A DNA stretch of 40,562 bases from Anaerolineaceae bacterium (GCA_022181005.1 BQMV01000001.1:1-40562), one strand, 5' to 3'; shown: positions 1 through 9,211, numbered from the stretch's first letter. Notes: a model not told the origin generated them from the sequence alone. Numbers and translations: made by a program.

Positions 1-1
1 C

Positions 2-649
2 TTCCGCTCTTATTTGCTTGACCTCCCATCCGATCCCGAAGACCTGATGCAAACATTTGGTCATCAACATCGCAAACACACGCGCCAGTCACTTCTCAAA
101 GGATTCAAAGTTACGTTTGGTCATCTCGAATTGTTGGATGAAACGTACGAAGCCCTCGCGCGGAGCATGCACGAGCTTGGTTCGCCGTATCATTCAAAAA
201 AATACCTGCAGACGATGACATCCCTGCTCGGCGACAACCTTGAATTTGCTGTGATAAAAAACGCGGATGATTCACTCGTCGGGAGCGCGGTACTTGCTTA
301 TCATGGCAATACTGCTACAAATTTACACGCGAACATCCTGCACAAATATCGCACAGAGTATGCGGGCGAGTGTTTGCACTGGAACATCCTTGAGCATTAC
401 ATCCAAAAGGGAATCAAAATCTGCGACATGGGACGCAGTTTGAACGGCTCGGGTAATGAGGCTTTTAAGTTCAAGTGGAAGCCGCGCAAAGTTCCGCTGG
501 CGTATTGGTATTATCTGCCAAAGGGCGGAGAGATTCCTGAGTTGAATCAGAAAAGCCCCAAGTTCCAATTTGCGATCTGGATGTGGAAGCGACTGCCCGC
601 CTTCGCCGTGCGGACGCTGGGTCCGCAGTTGATTCGGGGGATCGTGTGA
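2..649 (+). CDS. FemAB-like GNAT acyltransferase (polysaccharide-locus type), 5'-truncated by the window edge
   Basis: Frame open from position 2. C-terminal DMGRS...G...FKFKW motif and 'WKRLP...LGP.L.RG' tail typical of FemAB-related proteins. Confidence 0.8.
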   Translation, partial: FRSYLLDLPSDPEDLMQTFGHQHRKHTRQSLLKGFKVTFGHLELLDETYEALARSMHELGSPYHSKKYLQTMTSLLGDNLEFAVIKNADDSLVGSAVLAYHGNTATNLHANILHKYRTEYAGECLHWNILEHYIQKGIKICDMGRSLNGSGNEAFKFKWKPRKVPLAYWYYLPKGGEIPELNQKSPKFQFAIWMWKRLPAFAVRTLGPQLIRGIV

Positions 650-1695
650 TGATCCAAGTCGTGACATTAGACGAATCACTGCATGAGCGTTACGCATCCT
701 ATCTCGCTGGGAGGGAAGATGCGCGTTTTGGGCATGACCTTGCTTGGGGAAATGTTTTGCGCGATGCCTACGGCGTCGAGACGCGGCACCTCGTTGCGTT
801 GGATGGTGAAAAGATAGTTGGCGTCTGTCCGTTCTTTTTGTGCAAGCCGCTCATTGGCGGCGCGCATTATGTGACGAATCCATTCCCGACGTATTGCGGT
901 CCGCTGGCGGATTCGGTTGAAGCGTTGAACGCGTTGCTGAGGGCGGTCGCCGAGAAAACCTCCAGCGTGGACCATGCCGAAGTGCTCACGCCAGTTTCCC
1001 CGTCAGAGGTGGAAGCGGGTTTACTTCCGTATGAAGATAAATTGGATTTCACGTATCGGCTATCGCTTGAAAATGGACTCGATGAAGTCTTCAATTCGTT
1101 CAGCAAAGATCATAAACGGATTTTGCGGAAGTCTGATGCGTTGAACGCGATGCAGATTGTCGTGGATGACGACGGGAAATTTCTCGACGCGTTTCACAAA
1201 TTGTATGTGAGCATTTATGCGGGCAAGCATGGATTCATCCCGCATGGAAAAAAATTGTTTCGCGCGATCTTTCGTTATTTTCCAACGGGGTCTGCGCGTG
1301 TGTATCTGGCGAAAGTCAACGGAAAATTTGTCGGCGCGATGTTTACTTTCTGGACGCACAATGAAGTATATTATGGCTGGTCGGCGGTCTTGCCTGATAG
1401 CGCGCATCACCCGACTCATTTTTTAATTTGGAAAATTATTCAAGACGCGAGCGCGGAGGGGTATCGCTGGTTCAACATGGGCGAAGCGGCGAGGGAGCAT
1501 CACGGATTGAATCATTTCAAGCGCGGCTGGGGCACGGAAGTGTTGGAGCCTTGCCGTTATTTTATTCCAGGGCGCTTGACGCAACCCTCGCCGCGACTCT
1601 TTGATCGAGTCGGTTGGACGCGCAAGATCATTTCCAAATTGCCGTCAGGAATTGTCACCATGTTCCTCTCACCCGCGATTGGATTTTTTTTGTAG
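649..1695 (+). CDS. FemAB-like GNAT N-acyltransferase
   Basis: ATG at 649 overlaps the upstream TGA (647-649), so start moved from 583. WFNMGEA...GLNHFKRGWG motif. Confidence 0.8.
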   Translation: MIQVVTLDESLHERYASYLAGREDARFGHDLAWGNVLRDAYGVETRHLVALDGEKIVGVCPFFLCKPLIGGAHYVTNPFPTYCGPLADSVEALNALLRAVAEKTSSVDHAEVLTPVSPSEVEAGLLPYEDKLDFTYRLSLENGLDEVFNSFSKDHKRILRKSDALNAMQIVVDDDGKFLDAFHKLYVSIYAGKHGFIPHGKKLFRAIFRYFPTGSARVYLAKVNGKFVGAMFTFWTHNEVYYGWSAVLPDSAHHPTHFLIWKIIQDASAEGYRWFNMGEAAREHHGLNHFKRGWGTEVLEPCRYFIPGRLTQPSPRLFDRVGWTRKIISKLPSGIVTMFLSPAIGFFL

Positions 1696-1761
1696 TGTAG
1701 TTGGCGTTCTCTAACGCCAACTCTCTTGCGCCAACGGGGACGTTAGAGAACGTCCCCTACA
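1696..1761. repeat. Inverted pair of GTAG-type REP palindromes (REPIN-like)
   Basis: TGTAG-TTGGCGTT-CTCT-AACGCCAA-C at 1696-1721. On the minus strand, TGTAG-GGGACGTT-CTCT-AACGTCCC-C at 1761-1736. Confidence 0.8.
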
Positions 1762-1788
1762 CGTTTATCGAAAAGGAATTTCCAAAAC

Positions 1789-2475
1789 ATGTCCGCTCTC
1801 GGTATCGTCAACATTGAAAATATCAGAAAAGTTTTTCGCAACTTCCGCAAGGTCGGCGTTGTGACCACGATTCGCTACATCGTCTCTGACCTGCTGTTCG
1901 ACATGCGCTACAAAATAGACACGATCAACACCGCGCAACTCGACACGCTCAAGATCGATTCGGAAAATAAATCTGTTGGAAATTATTACGAAGGGACGAA
2001 CGCGTACATCTTCCAAAAGATGATCTCCTTCGCGCGCGTTGACCCATCCAAAAGTTGTTTCGTGGATTTTGGAAGCGGCAAGGGCAAAGCGATGTTCATG
2101 GCGGCGGAGCGCGGCTTCCGCAAGATCATCGGCGTGGAGTTTTCCATTGAGTTGGTCGAAGTCAATCGCAAGAATCTTGTGATCTTCAAAGAACGCTCTC
2201 GAAGCAAATCTGAATTTGAAATCCTTCACATGGACGCGTCGGAATACGCGATTCCCTCCGACGCGAATTTGTTGTTCTTCTCTAATCCGTTCAACGAAGA
2301 GTTGACCACGAAGGTCATTGGAAATATTTTGAAATCCTACGACCAATCTCCGCGCGATATTTGGATCGTGCATTTGCATCCGCAGGGAAATATGGCGTTC
2401 GCAAAACATCCGCGCTTCAAAGTTATACACGAAGCGCGCGAAGGATTCGTTTTTCAGTTGAAGCCTGCCGATTGA
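1789..2475 (+). CDS. Class I SAM-dependent methyltransferase
   Basis: FVDFGSGKG motif I, IIGVEFS motif II, FFSNPF; AAGGA upstream. Confidence 0.85.
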   Translation: MSALGIVNIENIRKVFRNFRKVGVVTTIRYIVSDLLFDMRYKIDTINTAQLDTLKIDSENKSVGNYYEGTNAYIFQKMISFARVDPSKSCFVDFGSGKGKAMFMAAERGFRKIIGVEFSIELVEVNRKNLVIFKERSRSKSEFEILHMDASEYAIPSDANLLFFSNPFNEELTTKVIGNILKSYDQSPRDIWIVHLHPQGNMAFAKHPRFKVIHEAREGFVFQLKPAD

Positions 2476-2478
2476 GTC

Positions 2479-3480
2479 ATGCAAAGCGATTCGCCTCTCG
2501 TCCGCGTTTGGGATTTCCTCCGCAAACTCGCTGTTTCGCTGGCGCTCCGCATCGTCGTCAGCGTGTTACTGCTCGCATATTTGATTCGCCTCTCGGCGTT
2601 CACCGAGATCGCGCGCGCGTTCAGCCGCATCAATCCGCTGATGTTGCTGGCGTTCTTTTTTTTGTATTACCTCTCCTTGAGTCTCCAAGCGATCCGCTGG
2701 AAAATTCTCCTCAAAGCATGGGATTTGACTCAAGCGTACGGCGTCCTCCTCCGCCAGATTTTGATCGGCTTGTTCTTCAACAATTTTCTGCCTGGGAGTA
2801 TCGGCGGCGACGCGTTTCGACTCTACTCTGGCGGACGCGACACTGGCAAAGTGGAGTCGGTCGCCGCCACGATATTTTATGAACGCGTCCTCAGTTACGG
2901 TTCACTCGTGACGTTGGGTCTGCTCGTGCTTTCCTCTCGCTTTGACCCCGTCCGCGACTGGGTCTTTTGGCTGTTGCTCGGCGGCGTGTTCCTCGCATTG
3001 ACGGGCATCATCACCGTTTCCACACTTCCCGCCTTTGGGCGTTGGGCTGAAAATTTTGTAGCCCGCTTCCCGTTTGCTGAAAAATTCCGACTCAAAGATT
3101 GGGCGCTTAGTTTCCGCTTCAAAGTGAGTCACCCCGGCGTGCTCGCGCTTGTCTTCCTCATTTCCTTCGCTGTTCAACTGCTCGACATATTTTCCTTTTG
3201 GGTGATCGGCGTCGCCATTCAACTGCCTGTCAAATTCACAGACTTGATGCTCTTCGTCCCTTTGTTGTATCTCGCCATCCTCCTGCCGTTATCGTTCAAC
3301 GGTATCGGCATCCGCGAAAGCGTGTTCGTCATCTTCGCCGCGTCGTGGGGCATCACCTCCGCAGACGCGGTCGCTTTCTCGTTGACCGTGTTCGCCTTGG
3401 GCTTGGCAGGCAGTCTCGTCGGGGGAATCTTCTACTGGTTCGACCGTTCCGCGCGTTATAACAAATCCAAAGTCGCCTAA
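2479..3480 (+). CDS. Flippase-like membrane protein (lysylphosphatidylglycerol synthase TM / UPF0104 family)
   Basis: Multi-TM; RWKILL, FFNNFLPGSIGGD, ER and PLSFNGIGIRE motifs. Confidence 0.85.
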   Translation: MQSDSPLVRVWDFLRKLAVSLALRIVVSVLLLAYLIRLSAFTEIARAFSRINPLMLLAFFFLYYLSLSLQAIRWKILLKAWDLTQAYGVLLRQILIGLFFNNFLPGSIGGDAFRLYSGGRDTGKVESVAATIFYERVLSYGSLVTLGLLVLSSRFDPVRDWVFWLLLGGVFLALTGIITVSTLPAFGRWAENFVARFPFAEKFRLKDWALSFRFKVSHPGVLALVFLISFAVQLLDIFSFWVIGVAIQLPVKFTDLMLFVPLLYLAILLPLSFNGIGIRESVFVIFAASWGITSADAVAFSLTVFALGLAGSLVGGIFYWFDRSARYNKSKVA

Positions 3481-3537
3481 AAAACAGAGCCTTGGAATCT
3501 GAATCTCACGAACGAATACCGTAAACTTTCAAGATTT

Positions 3538-3572
3538 ATTCGCGTCATTCGCCCATTTGCGTAATTCGCGTT
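3538..3572. repeat. Degenerate ~9-bp tandem repeat (ATTCGCGTN)
   Basis: ATTCGCGTC ATTCGCCC ATTTGCGTA ATTCGCGTT; same unit as 27666-27729. Confidence 0.6.
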
Positions 3573-3654
3573 AAAAAATGATCTTGGCGGACCATGCCTC
3601 TGCGCGAACCAGATACAACCAAACCGAAGATTTCACGATAAGATATACCCATCC

Positions 3655-5721
3655 ATGAAAAAATTCCAACAGCGGACCTCCGCCCTCGCGTCGCGCCCGT
3701 TCGCCATCCCTCTTGTCCTGCTCATCGTAACCGTCCTTGCCTACGGACTGTCCTTCTGGCGTTTGGGCTTTTATTGGGACGACCAGCCCATTTCGTGGAT
3801 TCGCTACGAACTGGGAACCGCCGCGACGACGAAATACTTCTCCGATTCGCGTCCCGTCTGGGCATTGCTCTACCAATTGACGGGATTTATCCTCCCGCCT
3901 GTGCCAGCCGTCTGGCAGTTGTTCGCCATGTTCTGGCGTTGGGCGGGAGTTGTCGCGTTCTATCTGATGATGGCAAAGTTGCTTCCGAATCGAAAGTCAG
4001 CCGCCTTCTTCCTTTCGCTGTTCGTTCTTTTGTATCCTGGTTTCAACCAGCAGTGGGTGAGTTATGTGTACTCGCACTTCTTCATCGTCCTTTTCTTTTT
4101 GCTGATCTCGTTTTACTTGATGCTGCGCGGCAAGACGATTCCCGCCATGCTTTTTTCCGCGCTTCATCTTTTGATGTTCGAGTATTTCTTCCTGCTCGAA
4201 TTCATGCGCCCCATCGTGCTTTTCGCCTCCTTGCGCGACGAACCGCTGACGTTCCGCGCGCGGATAGTGAAAACATTCAAAGCGTGGATTCCCTACCTCA
4301 GCGTTGTCATCTTTGTCTTGCTCTATCGCTCGCTCGTGTACAGTCATCCAGGCTTCGGCTACAGCCTTACCGAAGAAGTTGCCCGCGCTCCAATTGAAAC
4401 CATTACGCAACTCGTCCAACATGTGTTGACGAGTCTCTGGTCTGCCGCCATCGGCGCGTGGATTCAGATTTTCCAATTCCCGAATCCCAACAGTAGTGGA
4501 ATTCGCACAAGCGGTTTATACGTTTTGGTTGTACTCATCGTTGGCGCATGTGTCTTTTTCTTCGCCACAGAGAACACAGAGAAAATGAGTTTAAAAAGCT
4601 TTTTCTCAAAGGTCTCTGCGCGCTCTGTGGCTGATAGGTCTAACGAAAAAGAATCAACGAACATAAAACGCGAATCGCTCTGGCTCATCGCGCTCGGCGC
4701 GATCATGCTCCTGCTCGGCGGCGTTCCATATTGGGCGACGAATCTTCCCGTCACTCTCGGCTTCCCTGCGAATCGTGCGTTGTTATCGTTCATGTTCGGC
4801 GCGTGTTTTTTTCTGATGAGTCTACTCGATCTCCTGCCCATACGGATGAAATATTTTATCGCCGCGCTTGTCGTCGCGCTTTCGGCGGGCAGGCAATTCC
4901 TCTGGTCGGTGGATTACCTTCGCGATTGGGAATCGCAAAAGAATCTTTTCTGGCAGATGGTTTGGCGCGCGCCCGCCCTCAAACCCGACACGCTCATCCT
5001 GATGAACGAGAGCCTCGAGTTTTCCGCCGACAATTCCATCAGCGCCGCGGTCAATTGGGTGTACGATTCCGACCCTTCCGCCGATCACATCGAGTACGCG
5101 CTTTTCTATCCCCTCAATCGCCTCGGCGGTTCGCTCCCTTCGCTCGATCCGAACATGCCTGTTGCCTATAATTACACGGCGGGAAAATTTCATGGCAACA
5201 CATCGGACGCGCTCGCCTTCTACTACGCTCCGCCATTCTGTCTTCGTTTATTGGATTCCGATCTGGACTCGAACAACCGCTTCATCTCAGACTTCAGCCT
5301 GATGCGCCAAGCCTCGGCGCTATCTGCCCCCCAGCGGATTCTGCGCGAGCCAGTTTCGGCGCCGCCTGCATTCTACGGCGTCGAAACTCCGCATGGATGG
5401 TGTTACTACTTCCAAAAAGCGGAGCTCGCTCGTCAGTTCGGAGATTGGGACGAAGTGAATCGTCTCGCCAAAGATGCCTTTAGTTTAAATGAACATTTCA
5501 ATAACCCTGTTGAGTTGTTCGTCTTCATCGAGGGTTATGCTCATGCCGACAAATGGGATGATGCGATTCAATTGTCTAAAGAAGCGCACCGAGTCTCAAA
5601 GAGTTACGTTGATCCGCTCCTCTGTAAATTATGGAAGCGTATCGAAGCGGAAACGCCTTTGAACGAAGAGCGCGACGACGCTTTGAATGAAATCTTCGAA
5701 TTGGCAGGTTGCAATCCATGA
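3655..5721 (+). CDS. Large polytopic membrane protein, GT-C-like, paralog A
   Basis: 688 aa, many TM segments, GFYWDD acidic motif after TM1, soluble C-terminal domain; paralog of the next gene. GT-C assignment is inference. Confidence 0.7.
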   Translation: MKKFQQRTSALASRPFAIPLVLLIVTVLAYGLSFWRLGFYWDDQPISWIRYELGTAATTKYFSDSRPVWALLYQLTGFILPPVPAVWQLFAMFWRWAGVVAFYLMMAKLLPNRKSAAFFLSLFVLLYPGFNQQWVSYVYSHFFIVLFFLLISFYLMLRGKTIPAMLFSALHLLMFEYFFLLEFMRPIVLFASLRDEPLTFRARIVKTFKAWIPYLSVVIFVLLYRSLVYSHPGFGYSLTEEVARAPIETITQLVQHVLTSLWSAAIGAWIQIFQFPNPNSSGIRTSGLYVLVVLIVGACVFFFATENTEKMSLKSFFSKVSARSVADRSNEKESTNIKRESLWLIALGAIMLLLGGVPYWATNLPVTLGFPANRALLSFMFGACFFLMSLLDLLPIRMKYFIAALVVALSAGRQFLWSVDYLRDWESQKNLFWQMVWRAPALKPDTLILMNESLEFSADNSISAAVNWVYDSDPSADHIEYALFYPLNRLGGSLPSLDPNMPVAYNYTAGKFHGNTSDALAFYYAPPFCLRLLDSDLDSNNRFISDFSLMRQASALSAPQRILREPVSAPPAFYGVETPHGWCYYFQKAELARQFGDWDEVNRLAKDAFSLNEHFNNPVELFVFIEGYAHADKWDDAIQLSKEAHRVSKSYVDPLLCKLWKRIEAETPLNEERDDALNEIFELAGCNP
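4564..4631. repeat. 68-bp palindromic element in-frame in paralog A
   Basis: GCCACAGAGAACACAGAGA ... TCTCTGCGCGCTCTGTGGC (16/19 inverted match) enclosing TGAG-TTT-AAAAAGCTTTTT-CTCA. Confidence 0.8.
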
Positions 5722-7778
5722 AGCGTTGCCTTTCATATTTTGTTTTGCTCATCGTCGCCATCCTCGCCTATGGATTGCTCATCCCGCATCTCGGCTTTTA
5801 CTGGGACGACCTGCCCATCTTGTGGATTCGCTTCCAACTCGGCGCCGAAGCGCTGACCCGCTATTTCTCCACCAACCGTCCCGTGTGGGGGGCGCTCTAT
5901 CAAGTCACTACAAGCATCATCCCTGATGAACCGATCTACTGGCAAATCTTCGCATTGATCTGGCGTTGGCTCGGCGCGGTTGTTGTATTTGCCATCGTCG
6001 AAAAATTGTGGAAGGGCAAGCCGCGCCTCGAGCTCAGCGCGGCGCTCCTCTTTTTGGTCTACCCTGGATTCAATCAACAATGGTCGGCGTTTTTATACAG
6101 CCACTTCTTTATCGTGCTGTTTTTCTTTTTGTTTTCCTATCTGCTCATGCTTCGCGCCGTCGAAGAGCCGAATCGCTATTGGAAATTAACCGCGTTCGGC
6201 TTGTTCTTCTCCGCGCTCAACCTGTGGATGATGGAATATTTCTATGTGTTGGAATTGATGCGCGTGGGAGTCATCCTCGCTGCGTTGCGTTATGAGACGT
6301 TGAGTCTGCGCGAACGCGCAGTGAAAACTTTAAAACTTTGGCTTCCCTACTTAATCGTTTTCATTCTGGCGGTTCTCTCGCGGCTGTTCATTTTCAATAA
6401 TCAAGTGTATGGAATTGGCTTGGGCGCTTCGCTCAAGTCCGCGCCGCTGGAGACAGTTATTGCGTTGGCGCGGAATATTCGCTTTACGCTGAAACTTGTC
6501 CTGCGCGAAGCGTGGCTGCAAACGGCGCATTTCCCAAGCATTGCATCGGCAGAAACGATTCTAACCTCGTATTATTTCGTGGTCGGACTGGCGACGCTTA
6601 TTTTGGTTGCAGTGTTTTTGTTAACTCATTCCGAGAGACAAGTTGTAAACGACGATAAATCTTTGAAGCGTAAAGAAATTTTCTCGTCAATACAGAGATA
6701 CTTCGCTTCGCTTAGTATGACATCGCTCTGGATGATCGGACTTGGCATCTTCGCCCTTCTGCTTTCGGGCTGGCCCTTCTGGCTGGTAGGATTCGTCCCA
6801 TCGCTGGCGTGGCCCGCAAGCCGTTTCACGCTCCCATTCATGTTCGGCGTTAGTTTGATCTTCACGGGCGTCGTCTATTTGATTCCGTGGGAACGAGTCC
6901 GTATTGTTTTGCTGGTCTCGCTCGTCGCGCTTGCGGCGGGCAAACAATTTCTCACGGCGAATGAATACGCACAAGATTGGCAGACGCAAAAAGAATTGTT
7001 TTGGCAACTGACGTGGCGTGCGCCGAACATTGCGCCTGATACTGCTATCGTCATGAACGAAGGCGCGTTGAAATTTTATGCGGATAATTCTCTTAGCGCC
7101 GCAGTCAATTGGATCTACGCGCCTGAAAAGCGCGGCGAAGATATTGATTATGTTTTGCTTTATCCCGCCACGCGCTTGCGCAGCCCTGCGCTTCCCAAAC
7201 TTGAACCTGACCTGCCCATCTTCACCGAATATTTGGCGGGACAATTTCATGGAAATACATCGCAAATTTTGGCGGTCTATTTCATGCCGCCCGGTTGTCT
7301 GCGCGTTCTCGACCCCGAAGTAGATCTTGCCAATCGTTCGATTCCCGAACAGAGTCTGATGCGCTTCGCCTCACGGCTGACAAATTACGAGTTGATCTCT
7401 TCCGAGTCGACGGCGCAAATGCCGAAACCATACGAGCCCGAACCGGAGCATGGTTGGTGCTATTACTTCGAGAAGGCGGATTTGGCGCGTCAGTTCGAAA
7501 AATGGGATGAAGTTGCGGCGTTGGGAAATAAGGCGTTCGCTCAAGGGTTGCAGCCGGCAGATCCGGCGGAGCGTTTTCCCTTCATAGAAGGCTACGCCCA
7601 CCTTGGCTCTTGGGATCGTGCGGTTGAATTATCGAAGCGGTCGTTCGCCGAGTCGGAACGCATGGACAGACCGCTTTGCGAGTTGTGGGAGCGCATCGAA
7701 GTTGAAACGGCCGCCGAAGGTCCAGAGCGAAGCGAAGCATTGCTTGCTATTAAGAGAATGTTCGCTTGTAATCCGTGA
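5718..7778 (+). CDS. Large polytopic membrane protein, GT-C-like, paralog B
   Basis: ATGA overlap with the upstream stop. Shares LGFYWDD, YPGFNQQW, YSHFFIVLFF, ADNSxSAAVNW, HGWCYYF and terminal CNP with paralog A. Confidence 0.7.
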   Translation: MKRCLSYFVLLIVAILAYGLLIPHLGFYWDDLPILWIRFQLGAEALTRYFSTNRPVWGALYQVTTSIIPDEPIYWQIFALIWRWLGAVVVFAIVEKLWKGKPRLELSAALLFLVYPGFNQQWSAFLYSHFFIVLFFFLFSYLLMLRAVEEPNRYWKLTAFGLFFSALNLWMMEYFYVLELMRVGVILAALRYETLSLRERAVKTLKLWLPYLIVFILAVLSRLFIFNNQVYGIGLGASLKSAPLETVIALARNIRFTLKLVLREAWLQTAHFPSIASAETILTSYYFVVGLATLILVAVFLLTHSERQVVNDDKSLKRKEIFSSIQRYFASLSMTSLWMIGLGIFALLLSGWPFWLVGFVPSLAWPASRFTLPFMFGVSLIFTGVVYLIPWERVRIVLLVSLVALAAGKQFLTANEYAQDWQTQKELFWQLTWRAPNIAPDTAIVMNEGALKFYADNSLSAAVNWIYAPEKRGEDIDYVLLYPATRLRSPALPKLEPDLPIFTEYLAGQFHGNTSQILAVYFMPPGCLRVLDPEVDLANRSIPEQSLMRFASRLTNYELISSESTAQMPKPYEPEPEHGWCYYFEKADLARQFEKWDEVAALGNKAFAQGLQPADPAERFPFIEGYAHLGSWDRAVELSKRSFAESERMDRPLCELWERIEVETAAEGPERSEALLAIKRMFACNP
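6626..6722. repeat. Degenerate TCAT(T/A)CTGAGCGAAGCGAAG-type element in-frame in paralog B
   Basis: Right arm GAGATACTTCGCTTCGCTTAGTATGACA (6695-6722; minus strand translates VILSEAKYL). Left remnant TCATTCCGAG (6626-6635). Confidence 0.65.
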
Positions 7779-7788
7779 GAAATTACAC

Positions 7789-7818
7789 TTGATTTAAAGC
7801 CTTGTTTGGCTCTACAAT
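7789..7818 (+). promoter_or_regulatory. Putative sigma70 promoter of the ABC operon
   Basis: TTGATT-18 bp-TACAAT. Confidence 0.5.
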
Positions 7819-7938
7819 AGGGCGACGTTAATTTCCACCTGCATTTGGCAAGGCAACAGTGAAAGGAGGCGCGGGAACGTCAACGGTAAGTTTGCGGTTA
7901 CATGAATCGGTCAATCAAATTATAAGGAGAAGAAGAAC

Positions 7939-9165
7939 ATGCGCACAATTGTTACCCGCTTTGCGTTCCTCGCGCTAGCGTTGATGCTTGTTATTTCGGC
8001 TTGCTCTCCCGCCGCCCCCGCAGCGACTGAGCCGCCTGCCGTCTCTACCGCTCCTGCGGAGCCGTATGTGTTCGGTCTGTTGATGGTGGGTCCGTATAAT
8101 GATCATGGCTATAGTCAAGCCCATTATGAAGCCGGTAAATATGTGGAAGAAAAAATCGGCGCGAAAATGGTCTATATTGACAAAGTAAATACCGCTGACC
8201 GACCAGGCACCACTCCCGATCAACTTGCGGGCGACCTGGTGGCTCAAGGCGCGAAACTGGTCATCTTCAGTTCAGACGACATGAAAGACGCTGCGACTGC
8301 GTTCGCTAAAGCGAATCCGAATATCTATGTGATCATGGGCTCAGGCGATCAAGTCTGGAAAGAAGCGCCTAACTATGAGGCGATTCCCAACCTTTCCGAC
8401 ATCATGGGACGCATGGAATACGGTAAGATGATCGCTGGTTGCGCCGCCGCGCTCACCACACAGACCGGGCAGATCGGTTATCTTGGTCCGTTGATCAACG
8501 ATGAAACGCGCCGCCTTGCCGCTTCCGCTTACCTGGGCGCCAAACATTGCTGGGTTGCCGAAGGCAAAAATCCCGCCGATCTCAAATTTAAGGTGACGTG
8601 GGTAGGCTTCTGGTTCAACATCCCCGGCTTTACCGCCGACCCGACTCAAATTGTGGACGATTTCTTCAACAGCGGCTACGACGTCGTAATGTCCGGTATT
8701 GATACGACTGAAGCCATGGTAGAAGCCGGTAAATTCGCCGCCGAAGGTAAATCGGTTTGGGCAGTGCCTTACGATTATGAAGGCGCATGCGAAGTTTCGC
8801 CGAAGATATGCTTAGGCGTGCCATACTTCAACTGGAAGCCCATGTACCTTGAAGCGATCACCGCTGCCTCGCAAGGTACGTTTACGTCCAGCTTCCAGTG
8901 GCGCGGACCCGACTGGTCGGATTTGAACAACCCTGATACGACTTCGGTCGGATTCTTAAAGGGCGAAGGGCTTTCCGCTGAGAATTCTACGAAGATTGAC
9001 GCGTTCATCGCGGACCTGGCAGGCGGGCTTAATCTGTGGACCGGTCCCATTAAGTTGCAGGACGGTTCTGTCTATCTTGCCGATGGCGTAGTGGCGACCG
9101 ATCCTCAAGTATGGTTCTTGCCGCAACTGCTCGAAGGCATGGAAGGACAAAGCGCCGCCGAATAA
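7939..9165 (+). CDS. BMP-family ABC transporter substrate-binding lipoprotein (nucleoside/purine type)
   Basis: Lipobox LVISAC, GPYNDHGYSQAH motif, SD AAGGAG. Confidence 0.9.
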   Translation: MRTIVTRFAFLALALMLVISACSPAAPAATEPPAVSTAPAEPYVFGLLMVGPYNDHGYSQAHYEAGKYVEEKIGAKMVYIDKVNTADRPGTTPDQLAGDLVAQGAKLVIFSSDDMKDAATAFAKANPNIYVIMGSGDQVWKEAPNYEAIPNLSDIMGRMEYGKMIAGCAAALTTQTGQIGYLGPLINDETRRLAASAYLGAKHCWVAEGKNPADLKFKVTWVGFWFNIPGFTADPTQIVDDFFNSGYDVVMSGIDTTEAMVEAGKFAAEGKSVWAVPYDYEGACEVSPKICLGVPYFNWKPMYLEAITAASQGTFTSSFQWRGPDWSDLNNPDTTSVGFLKGEGLSAENSTKIDAFIADLAGGLNLWTGPIKLQDGSVYLADGVVATDPQVWFLPQLLEGMEGQSAAE

Positions 9166-9176
9166 TGTTTTATCAA

Positions 9177-9211
9177 CGTGGGAAGGCAGCCTTTGCCTTC
9201 CCACGCTTTTT
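9177..9211 (+). terminator. Intra-operon stem-loop with T tract after the BMP gene
   Basis: CGTGGGAAGGCA-GCCTT-TGCCTTCCCACG followed by CTTTTT. Confidence 0.7.

Noticed and set aside
583-648. Longer N-termini from the ORF track (583, 5709, 27570, 27724, 36747, 37309, 39151)
   Set aside because: Downstream starts fit the SD or -10 signals, stop-start coupling and family N-termini better.
1765-2484. 239-aa minus-strand ORF, and similar antisense ORFs such as 19157-19807 and 39115-39768
   Set aside because: They mirror well-supported genes on the opposite strand.
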